Source: Bigelowiella natans CCMP2755
Taxonomy: Eukaryota > Protista > Cercozoa
Assembly (NCBI GenBank): GCA_000320545.1
Contig: ADNK01001866.1
Coordinates: forward strand, 5,201 to 69,200
Length of the DNA: 64,000 nucleotides
Reading direction: 5' to 3'
Part shown: piece after piece, positions 45,474 through 56,072 of the stretch
Layout: every line of letters starts with the position of its first letter
Numbering within the stretch: the first letter of the stretch is position 1
Notes under the pieces: generated by a model
What the model was told of the DNA's origin: nothing
The model's input: the letters and a program-made list of their open reading frames with translations, nothing else
The model's database searches: none
Program-made: the position numbers and the translations under genes

Positions 45474-46050
45474 GCACACACACCATAATAATCGCTCATC
45501 ATCATCCTTATCATTCTATATCATCATCATCATCATCATCGTCATCATCATGTTTCACAGGATCTTGAGTATCATCTGCATTACGGGGCCACTGAGAAGG
45601 TAGAGCTAGTTGTAACACCTGTTGCTGTGCTGTAGACGATGATAATGATGATGATGATAATGATGGTAATGATGCATGGAGGACGATTAGGAGAATACGC
45701 CACCAATCCACCAATGATATGAACACTGGGTATATTTTAACGTATCTCAATACGATGGTTCCCTCCTTCATAGAGAGGTTACTATGACTGGTGAATGCTA
45801 CTATAAGTACGATATATTACGATATAACTAGCATCTTTGATGCCTCTTCAAAGGATACTCGAATAGAGAAGCTCATGGAAGAGAAGGACAATTTAGAGTT
45901 ATCTCTCAAGGCAGAATCTACGCGTCGGCAAAGCTATCAAGAGAAAATTTTTGGTGCGTAACTTCCTTTGTTAGGCACACTTCTAACGTTCCGTGCAAAC
46001 GCAAGCGATATTCTCCTCCCTCCTCCCTCCCCCGCTCTCTCTCTCTCTCT

Positions 46051-46103
<53 letters not shown>

Positions 46104-46258
46104 CTACTTCACTTCTCATCACGACGTACATTTTAAGTTTTCTTACTATCTGCATCCGTTGTCTAGAGTTACAATCCAAGCTGGAAATGGCCAAGGCGAG
46201 AGCCGCTCATTCCTGGTTGTTCTCTGGCGAAATGGAACTCGAAGTTGGCGTAACATAA
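40944..46258 (+). CDS. N-terminal CAP-Gly domain protein with low-complexity middle and coiled-coil C-terminus (p150Glued/CLIP-like architecture)
   Basis: FRVGDRVSL...GRVAYEGKVKFRPGHFIGVVLERPVGLNNGVVKGVRYFECKPRYGIFVR. Downstream exons are K/E/L/Q-rich with heptad character. Last exon ends ...LEVGVT* at 46258. Confidence 0.8.
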
Positions 46259-46312
46259 CCTTGTGCTAAAACTCGCATTGCAAGCAACATTGTTGTACCC
46301 AACTCATATATG

Positions 46313-46356
<44 letters not shown>

Positions 46357-47385
46357 AACTTTATTTGCAGCCGATACGATCTAGCGATGCGCTATGCATG
46401 TTGCCGAATTGAACATTCGATCTGCCATGCAAGCGCACACGCACGTGGCCTTGTGCTCTACTAGTCTAGCTAGCTAGCTAGCTAGGGTGCCATACGCATG
46501 CTAGCATGTCGGTCAGGTGAGCTAGCAGGTTCTAGAGGTTGGTATGTCTAGCGACGTGCTGGCGTGCGCCAGGCTAGCAGGCGACATGGCTAGATGCTAT
46601 GATACCTAGCTAGCTCTAGAGCTAGGTGCGTACATGCATCGCTGCCCATCAGCGAAACATCAGTCTAGCAGTGCGTCACCTAGAGCTAGCCAGCTAGATC
46701 ATGTAGCATGCTCTAGCTAGCTCACGTTGTGCTAGTGCTAGCATGTATAGCGTAGCTCTAGACCTGCTCTACTAGTCTAGTGCTCGCGCCGCAAGCTCGC
46801 TCTCTTTATTCAGCCGCCCAATCTAGCAATCTAGCAATGTTCATCTGTTATGATCGTAGTCATCGACATGTATGCATCCTAGCTAGCTAGCATGTCTAGA
46901 TGTTTGTAGCTAGCGCCAGAGCGGTGGGCATGTCTAATATCTCCAGATCTATAGACAATTAGAGCTATCTAGCTATACCCATGGAAACATATTAGGTATG
47001 TCTCGGTCTAGACGCGTATGCCACGTACGTGTGTATATATGTTCTAGCTAGGTATTGCAAGCGTTCAATTAGCACACATATATGCTACAAGCTATATATA
47101 AATGTAGGCATGTTCATTATTGTGCACGTACATCTAGATATGCCCATGTAACGCGCAAACCATAGCGCTCTTTAGTTCTTGCTAGCATCGCATGGGCTTG
47201 AATGTGTCTTTGATCCATGAATCGTTACGTGCTTCTTCACCCCGACATCACTAAATTAGTGTTGCATTTGTATCAACATTCATACGTATTGACCAGATTA
47301 CAGCAAGTGCAGGCCCTCCGTATATCAAGACATGTCATTGAAGAGCTACATCCTCAAAGCTTTAACTCAAGCGTGGTATTGACTG

Positions 47386-49960
47386 TTATTCCGCGGCCCC
47401 AGAGCGTAAGAATTGATCCCGCATAACTTCAGTTAATGTTACTTTCTCGAATCGATCAATATCAGCCATGCATTTTTGCCTCTCAATCTCGGCCCATTTA
47501 TCGTTTGAGAAGCTCGTGGGAACCCGTTGTCCTAAAGAGTCGACTTCAAAACGCTTTGGGCTTTTTCTGCTGCTTCTTCTGCTTCTGCTGCCGCGGCTGA
47601 AGTTTACTTTTGTCGACTTTCGTTTCGAAACAAATTTGTCAATATCGTCTGGTCTCCATGTTAGGTTAGGTAAATCCACTGCCTGATTCCTAAGATGTGT
47701 TTCATTGGTCAATGTTGCGGCTACTTTTGAGAAGAAAAAGGAAAGCAGAAGCAAGAATAGAAATTGCAGCGCAGGTTGACCTTCACTGTCGGTTAGGAAA
47801 AGTCGTCACATTATCAGTACTTAAAATATGAGCATTGTCGTCATCATTGTCGTTATCGTCCTAATGACTCACTTTATCGATGAGGAGCGGTTTCTTCGAG
47901 TTGAGACTTCGGCCATTTTCTTGTTTTTCCAGCTTCTTGAGAGGATGGTGTCACCGTCGGTCAAGGGAATGTTGTGCAATCTCCATTTAAAAATTTGTCT
48001 CTTATCGTTCCAGTCAACACCCTTACGCATCAATCCTTCTACAGAGCCTGAATTAAAAAGAAAGAATGAAATAAATGTAATATGAAGGAGTAGACGCCAG
48101 TTCATATAATTGTTATATTTCAGAGCAGATATCCAACCCTCATTTTCTTCTGCATACGTAATGGAAACAAATTCATTTTATCATGTTGGTTGTCCAAAGG
48201 GTTTATTTACGTGCTCTTTTTGGATTCTTCGAGGAAAATTGAACGAAACGATCAATATCCTCATCGCTTATTCTTTCCTTGGACCATTGGATTTCCTGCA
48301 GTTTATAAATTTATTCTCTGATGTTATTATTTTAACCTTCTGTTCTTCATTGTTTTGGCATCAAATGCAACACCTTAAGGTCCAAACTATCTTGGAAGTA
48401 GTCTCTGAGCATTTATTACAGGAGTATTTTCAGATTCTTGCAATGCTCCGTTTTGCACACACGTTATTTTAGCGAGAGATAAATAGCATTCGTTGTACCT
48501 CTGGTGATCCTCGTAATAGGTCATCGAAGCTGTGATATGAGAGAGCAATATGAGGGTGGAAAGGAAGTGTTGCATAAACTGTTAAATATAGTTGAAGCTA
48601 TTCTCATCACAGCATAATTAACACATGCAAAGGAGAGAGAAAATGTGGTTGATTCATTTTTTTGTCTCTTTAATCGACTCGGCACGTACGTTTTCTGGGC
48701 AACTTAGGTGTTGAGACCCTATTTATCCACAGTTTATAGCCCCTTCCCCTGAAACATTGAGGAAAGTCATGTGAGAGGAAAATAGATGGAGTGTAGATTC
48801 ACTGTGGTGCTTTTCCCGCCCGATATGTTCGCGTATAAATCTGGCTGCACGCATGTGTAGGCGCACAACACTTATGTAAATATATACGTATGGACCTTGG
48901 AGTCGGGCTATGATCGAACATAGCTCGATGTGGGGAGAGATATTTCCATCTCTTCGAGGGCGACGGTAGAGCTAGACTCGTCGACAAGTACCCATTGCTT
49001 TTCAAGTGTAAACCCGAGCGTGGAGGTGATGTGGGTCTCGAGGGTGTTTCATTCGCCGAAATATTCTGTTTTTTCTGTCTACGTGGTGATGATTGGCCGA
49101 TTATCCTCGGTTCCAACGACTTACGGAGGCTCTCCTTTGGAACCATGAGTTCTCCAATTGACATGAACCTTCTCAGTTGAGAAGGAGAGGAGTTGCTTTT
49201 TTCGAGCACGTTTGCATTGTAGGTGTCATGGTTTGTGTTCTGGTGCCACATCGGCTCCATATGTTGCACACCATTGCGAAGCTGCCTTGGGACGTGCATG
49301 AAACAATGACAGGCGCTCAAGCGCGCTGGAAGTCGGGAGTCGCCCCGTTTCGTGTTCTATAAACGTTCTTTTGTCTCAGCCTATCTCGAGTTATTAGTAT
49401 TCACATTCTTGGCGAGGCAAGGAAGGCCTGGGCGTAACGAAGCGTTTTACCGTTACAGGTACGCATTCGCTGTCACACGCACGATTGATGTGCATGACAT
49501 GCTGTGTCAAGCGTCGGTTTTCTCATTGCTTGTACCAGGGTTAGCGACCTCAGTGAATACGCATATGTTGTCGCAGAATCGAAATTGCATGGTTTTTCTC
49601 CTCAGTCTGCGCACAGCATTGAACCTGATATTATTTACTGCTTGTCGCACGCCTCATACGAGCGCTGACTATTTTTCCATTGTGGCATAATTCCTGTCAA
49701 TGGTCTTGTCGTTGTTGTGATATTAGCGGCATATATTTTTTTCTCATTGAATGCAGATTTGAGCATAACATCAAGTGATAGGATAGATCGATCTCCAAAA
49801 TTTGTCATCTTTGGTGAGAGGAAATACGCTATTTTGGTTGTCGCGATGTGAATACCGCCGCATATTCGACCGTGCAAGTTGGTGCGGGTCCTGGTGCATG
49901 ATCCAATAGACATCCAGCTGCATCTGCTGCCTCCTCCCCATCGCGAACATACGCCGTCAT
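47386..49960 (-). CDS. Multi-exon gene, unknown protein with basic S/R-rich segments
   Basis: Minus-strand exon-like ORFs 47386-47754, 47869-48050 and 48900-49320 have GT/AG borders. The gene lies divergent to the AP2 gene. 5' boundary approximate. Confidence 0.5.
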
Positions 49961-50182
49961 CCGGATAGCACAGAAACTCACCACCCCTGCAAGTTTTGCG
50001 TTCGGAACTCCGACGGCTGCGCTCTGGATTTGCGCGAGTTTGTTTCCGCGGGAAAACGAGAGGAAGTCAACAGACCTGAGAGGGAAATTCAATTTTTGGC
50101 TACGCTGGCTTTGTTCAATTTACATTTCGAGAACGAAGGGGAGTGCTGCCGGTGAAGAGGCTGCGAAGAAACCAAAAAATAA

Positions 50183-51356
50183 ATGAATAGTAACTACGAT
50201 CTCGCGGCTGCGGGCGCCCTAACGAGTTTTCAGAACAGCAAACCCATTACGATGCCAAAAAAGACATCAAAATCAGTATCACGGCCGAAGAAGGCGTCTG
50301 CGAAGAAACAAACGACAATGCCTGGCCGAAAGGTGGGACCACAATTTCAACTCTGCATAATTTCCATATTAAGCACTTATTCTGTCTCCCCTCCTCCTAG
50401 GTGACATCTAGGTACATTGGAGTCAGTTATCACGCGAACAGGGGGAAGTGGCAAGTTAAAATCAGATCAAACGGTATCACTCTAATCTAATCACCCATCT
50501 GTATTTTCAGCTTCTAACCCTTTTGGGGGGGGTGGGATTGGCTTTCTCTATGATCATCAGGAAAACAGAAGCATCTTGGATATTTCGAGAACGAAGACGA
50601 CGCTGCTCGAGCTTACAACAGAGCCGCCAAGGCTGTCCATTCCAACCCCAAAATCAACCAGGTGCGCTGGGTAGAAACAGTGAAAAGGAGAAGGAAGACA
50701 ACAATTTGTCGTCTCTTGTTCTAAGTCAGCCGATGCACGCTTTATCTAGGTCCCCGACGACAACTCTGAGGAGTCTGTTCGGCAAAACCACTCCCTAGAT
50801 GCCCGCATTCAAGACATCGCGAAACAGATGAAGAAATCGGTACGATGAGGATCCTACATCATATTTTAATTCCAAATTGGTTTGAATATTCTCATTTGTG
50901 AGAGGCCCTAAACACCAATCTTTAAGACCAACCATTGATTGCCCTTCACGCGCCTGCTTTCACTGTATCATATATTTCTCTCCGCCCCCCCCACCCCCCC
51001 CTCTCTCTTCCGTCCGAACGTACGTGTGTACGTTTCTTCACGCACTATCTATGTAGGACTCAAAGGATAGCCGTCAGTCGAGGAGTCGAAAGCCAAGAAA
51101 TAACGTCCAAAGCACGTATGACTACATATGCACGTACCCTCCGTTCCACCCTCTCCGTGATTCTGTCAAGGAATATATGCTCCCTTCCCACCCGCACGCT
51201 CCCCCCCCCTCCCACAGCATGTTCTAATTACACTTATCATCCTTTTACAGGTTCGCAGCGTATCAAGTAAATCCCGCAAACCCTACTAATGACAATATCA
51301 GTACGTCGATGCAGAATAACTACCGACTTCAGCAGCAGCAGAGTACCCATCACCGA

Positions 51357-51390
<34 letters not shown>

Positions 51391-51937
51391 CATTCAGGTA
51401 CCTCATAAAAGACCCTCGCTATTCTTCTTCCTCTTCAACAGCCCACCACCACCACCACCACCACCAGCAGCAGCAGCAGCAGCAGCAATATCGTCATCCT
51501 CCTCCACACCATTCTTCTACATCCATATCATCTCGACACCCCCACCAGCACCAATCAGCAGCACCCTCTGCCCAGTACAGTGGATATGGCATTCACGGTC
51601 AACGCCTTCAGCAACGACCTCTTACACAAGCCTCTCTGCGACAACAACAACAAGCCCTAACAGCCGCAGGAGCGGCAGCAGCTGCATCATCATCGTCGTC
51701 TTTCATGCGACAGAGGGGAGGGGGCCCCGTAGGTCCCACTGAGAGACACGGAGGGAGGAGGATGCAGGATCAGAAGTATCCACCACGGAAAAGAAAGTAG
51801 AGCACGCACACATATAGAGAGAGGGGGGGGGGATCTGATAAATACATGCGTTTATGCATATTATACGAATAATGCGGGCACATGATAACTATGAAGTAGC
51901 GATGTGGGTGGTGGAGTGATCTGTTTCTATTTCTCTT

Positions 51938-51981
<44 letters not shown>

Positions 51982-51987
51982 GCGCGC

Positions 51988-52027
<40 letters not shown>

Positions 52028-52646
52028 ATGATGACGGTGGCACGTCATTGCGTTTCTTGATAATAATAGGACATGGTCCAAACCATTCACCCCCCCTCTC
52101 CACGTGGGAGAGGAGGATGAGGATGCTATCGTCAACTATGAAGGCGATGACGGCCCACCACGTCTTCGCCAGCCCCCCCTCCCGCAGAACAGGAAGCCCC
52201 CGGTGCAACTTCGAATGCAGAAGCTAACAAAGGAGGTCGACACTCCCACCTTATTTGCAGGAGGAGGAGGAGGAGGAGGGCCTTATTCTCCTCGGCAGCA
52301 GTACCAACAGAGAAGACGAGACGATGGTCGCTCAACAACTGCCATAGCTCATGGGCTCTATGCAGCAGCTGCAGCAGCTGCAGCAGCTGGAAATAGTAGC
52401 AGCAGTAGTAGTAGTAGTAGTATCTCTTCAGCTGCTGCTAGTGGTGGTGGAGGAGGAGCACCGAGTGGAAGAATCGCCTCCTCAGGCACAGCGCCCTCAA
52501 AGAAAGGGCAAGGGGGGGGAGAGGAACAAAGAGGGAGCAAGAAGCACAAGCCGACGCTAAGGCAACATAGAGCGGCGGGAATAGCTTCCAATCTCAAAGT
52601 AACTTGTTTTCGTGGAAAAATAGTTCTTCTGAGTTTTGCTCAATAA
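50183..52646 (+). CDS. AP2/ERF-domain transcription factor with Q/H-rich low-complexity regions
   Basis: Spliced VTSRYIGVSYHANRGKWQVKIRSN|GKQKHLGYFENEDDAARAYNRAAKAVH, a canonical AP2 pattern. Poly-Q/H exon at 51251-51797. Start (50183 or 50252) and last exon uncertain. Confidence 0.85.
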
Positions 52647-53592
52647 CAATCTCACCCATGCTCTATGTTTTGTGTTACGCTGCTCGTAATTAGGTATTGT
52701 AATTAGGTATTGTACATAAGTCATTCCGTCATCGCGTGCTGTAGCCAGCCAAGCGATGAACAAATGCATTAACATATTTGAAATGGATCGTACCCTAAAA
52801 TGAAGGCAGAATGAAGGCAGGACTAATTTTTTGGTGCTGAGCAACATCTTATCGGTGTGCCTTATTGAGTTATGTGAAGAATCGAACATTATATGAACCC
52901 TTAAGTTGGATGAAAAATGACGACTTATATTAAGCAAACATCTTGCAACTTAATATCATCAAAGCTTAAACCTGTACCAATCTTTGGTATTGTCCTTCGG
53001 CGAAGGGACGGCTGGCAACGCAACGCATACATGCATATTGTAGACGAATGTGTGTTACGTTGATGCGCGATAGCTGCGACGCTACGCTGACGCACGTTAT
53101 CTCTAGCCATCACGAGAAACGTTCAATAACTCCCATTCTTTCCGATCTGCGCTTTGATTACTTTTTTTTTCTTTCTATGCGACACGCTCTCGCTCTTGCG
53201 CTGCTTCCTACGTGCACATCGGCACACCATAGCTAGCTAGCGAGCGTATAGGCAGCTACGCTAGCGCGTAGTGGCTGCCCTCGGTCTATCGGGTCTAGCT
53301 GTGCGTTATTGGCCATGTATGTTTTGCGTGCGTGTGTGTATGTGCGCGCGCCACAGCTGCATGCGAGCCGAGCATATAGCCCTCGCTGCTAGCTTGCGTG
53401 CGCGCATGATGACGATACATGGCATGGCATCAGCCTAAGGCAGCGGCAATTAGTGATTAGTCAACATTGAAGTGTAACAATAAATTTTCTTATCTGAGTC
53501 TGATGAATTTACACGTAAATGAGGTACAGCAAAAGGATCGGACTAAATTTTAAAGATCATGGTACTACACGAGCCCATCACATCGTCAATAT

Positions 53593-55296
53593 TTATAGCG
53601 ACTGGCTTCTGATTAAATTTAGATACATTCCAGATTTGGGTGCCATGGCATTGACTGTGAGTTGCCAGTATTGGTCTTTGTAGAGCGGACCGCGGGTGGA
53701 TGTTGCCGCTGGCATTTCGAACTTATACTTCTGGAACAACTCAAACAAAACGGTTTTCATTTCCATGGCCGCGATGTTTTTTCCCACACAGTGACGTACC
53801 CCAGAGCCAAACGTCAGGAAGCTGGAGGCGCAGTCGTCCGTGATGCTTACGACATCGCCATCTTTCTTTAAAAATCGTTCGGGGCGGAATTCCTTCGCAT
53901 CCGAGCCCCAGTGTTCTTCCATCCGTGCTGTGATCCATGGGCAAACCACGATGGCCCTCCCCTTTGGGACGGTGACGGGGCCGATCTTCACACTCTGCAC
54001 AGTGTTGCGCTCGACGAGGTAGGGAAACGATGGGTATAAGCGGAGGGTCTCTTTGATGACAGCAGAGAGATATGGCAGCTCCGACGACAGCATACTCCAC
54101 TTGTCTTTATCGGCAGGAGCGTTATTGATTCTTTGCGCAGCTTTCTTGACCTCCATGGAGACTTTAGCTTGCACCCGTGGATGCCTGGCAACAAGGTACG
54201 CCAAGTGCGATAGAGCAATGGAGGTTGTGTCCATCCCTCCGATCATGAATGTGTACAGCATGTGAGCTGCCTCGGTATCACTCAACTGAAAAGTATCTTT
54301 GGCTTCGTGCAGCGCCTTGAGAACAGAACCCTCGTTCGTATGCTGGCCTCGTGAATTCTTCGAGATCTGATCTGCGTATCTGGTTAGCACCTTTAGGGCG
54401 AGGTCATGTGCTCGGGTTATTCGACGTCGAAGCTTCGTTGGCTCTGGCAGAGGTGAATACAGATAGGCATTTAGCAGGTATCGGACCATTCCAATGCTCT
54501 CAAGAATCTGTGGGAAAACTTCGAGAATTTCTTTCTCTTCCTCCGCGGTCAAGATGCCCTCGCCAAACGCGATTTTCAGGATGGTTTTCAGAGCAAAGGC
54601 CCGGAATAGAGGACGAACTTCAACTTGGACACTTTTTTCTTTCGATTCATCGCTAAGTCTCTCGAGATTTTGAACAAATTCCGTCGCATTTCGTTGGATA
54701 GCAGGGAAGTAGCTTTTGGTGTGTTTCGAACCAACACCTCTCATCGCAATCCTGTGCTGCTTTTTCCACACCTCACTTTGTGCTGTGAATATCCCCTCCC
54801 CAAGAAACAGGTCCAAAACTGGAAGAGTTTTGTTCACCAAGCGATCAGTCTTTTTCAGGGTAATTTTGGGACTAAGCACATGCTTGATCCATTTCGGATC
54901 GAGGACGAGCAGCGATGGCTTGTGCACGACCCAGCAGGTTGCAAATCCACCTGTCTTTCTTGACTGAGCTACTACCGCCTCGAAAAATGACGTGGGATCC
55001 TCGGACATTCCAGTCATATTTCCGAATGGAAAGGAAGGCTTTTGACAACTTTTAAATCCCTGGCCATCGACGGTGATGCCGTTGCAACAGAATTCAAGGA
55101 AGCGATCCCATTGGCTGAAGGTGGCGACCAACACTACAGCGGCCACGATCATCGATGTTGGAGTAGAGAAGGAGAAGAGTAATGTGGAGAGCGATCCATC
55201 CGGAACCATCGTGATGGTCCGCCCGCCCCGCCGAATCAAGTCTGTCGGGTCTTCCCAGGAGAAACAGTTGCAGTCAAATCTAACGCAAAATCCCAC
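53593..55296 (-). CDS. Cytochrome P450, single uninterrupted ORF
   Basis: Hydrophobic N-anchor; C-helix WKKQHR; I-helix IGGMDTTS; K-helix ETLR; PERF; heme motif FGSGVRHCVG. The true start may be a downstream Met (MVPDG). Confidence 0.95.
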   Translation of the reverse strand: MGFCVRFDCNCFSWEDPTDLIRRGGRTITMVPDGSLSTLLFSFSTPTSMIVAAVVLVATFSQWDRFLEFCCNGITVDGQGFKSCQKPSFPFGNMTGMSEDPTSFFEAVVAQSRKTGGFATCWVVHKPSLLVLDPKWIKHVLSPKITLKKTDRLVNKTLPVLDLFLGEGIFTAQSEVWKKQHRIAMRGVGSKHTKSYFPAIQRNATEFVQNLERLSDESKEKSVQVEVRPLFRAFALKTILKIAFGEGILTAEEEKEILEVFPQILESIGMVRYLLNAYLYSPLPEPTKLRRRITRAHDLALKVLTRYADQISKNSRGQHTNEGSVLKALHEAKDTFQLSDTEAAHMLYTFMIGGMDTTSIALSHLAYLVARHPRVQAKVSMEVKKAAQRINNAPADKDKWSMLSSELPYLSAVIKETLRLYPSFPYLVERNTVQSVKIGPVTVPKGRAIVVCPWITARMEEHWGSDAKEFRPERFLKKDGDVVSITDDCASSFLTFGSGVRHCVGKNIAAMEMKTVLFELFQKYKFEMPAATSTRGPLYKDQYWQLTVNAMAPKSGMYLNLIRSQSL

Positions 55297-55695
55297 GAAA
55301 TATCATGGGAATTTTGTGCTGCGACAATTCCCAAGGCAGGTCATGAAGACGAAGAAGACCTGTGTGGTGCTTTGTCTTCTTTTGCTCATACCCTCACACC
55401 TCACACCGTGTTCCTGTGACTTTGCTTGAAAACAGGACGCTTTTCCCCGAAATGACAGCTGATTTCTCGTCGACGACATTGTTGGAAGAGGTACCCCCTT
55501 TTCGGAGTTCTCCTGTTCCACTGATCAGCTCCGGCCTCGGAGGAGGACGCATTCTGCATGCGCCATCGCCAAAACATGCTTTTGGCCTAGATCTAGCCGC
55601 GCACGTCCGGACGTAACGCGTGCACGTTTGTAGGTGTGTCCTGCCGTGTGCGTGGTGTGGCGTGTAGACAGATGCCCACGCACACATGCTAGCAT

Positions 55696-56021
55696 TGTTG
55701 CGCGTAAGGTGTTCACAGGCCGAGGCGCTACGTGCACAAGTAGGCAGGGGGGGGGAAAGGCACGTTTGCTTCCTTTTGAAGAGTTGTGTTTATTTTTATT
55801 AAAGATTATATTTTTATTAAATCGTGCACTGCGTAATCATTCGCGAAGCTTTCGCGAATGCCGCCGCACGTGGGGCAGCACACTTCCGGTGTGCTGCCAT
55901 GAGTCCCGCCGGAACCCACGTGCCTATGCTGTATTAATATCTACGTTATCTATATTCTATATCCGCGACAACCCCTTTGTTGTCGCACGTGACTTGTGCC
56001 CGCGTAGTGGTACGCGCTACA
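55696..56021 (-). repeat. 3' LTR
   Basis: TGTTGCGCGTA...TACGCGCTACA (terminal inverted repeat, 10/11 match). Identical by eye to 61086-61411. Confidence 0.97.
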
Positions 56022-56030
56022 CCTCCCCCA
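56022..56030 (-). promoter_or_regulatory. Polypurine tract
   Basis: GGGGGAGG on the minus strand directly abuts the 3' LTR; a further purine run (GGGAATAAGGAAGGAAGGAAGGAG) lies just upstream. Confidence 0.75.
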
Positions 56031-56072
56031 AGTCACGTTGCTCCTTCCTTCCTTCCTTATTCCCTTAGACCT

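Noticed and set aside
55634-56068. Near-identical plus-strand ORFs at 55634-56068 and 61069-61455
   Set aside because: Antisense read-through of the two LTRs; their identity simply reflects the LTR duplication.
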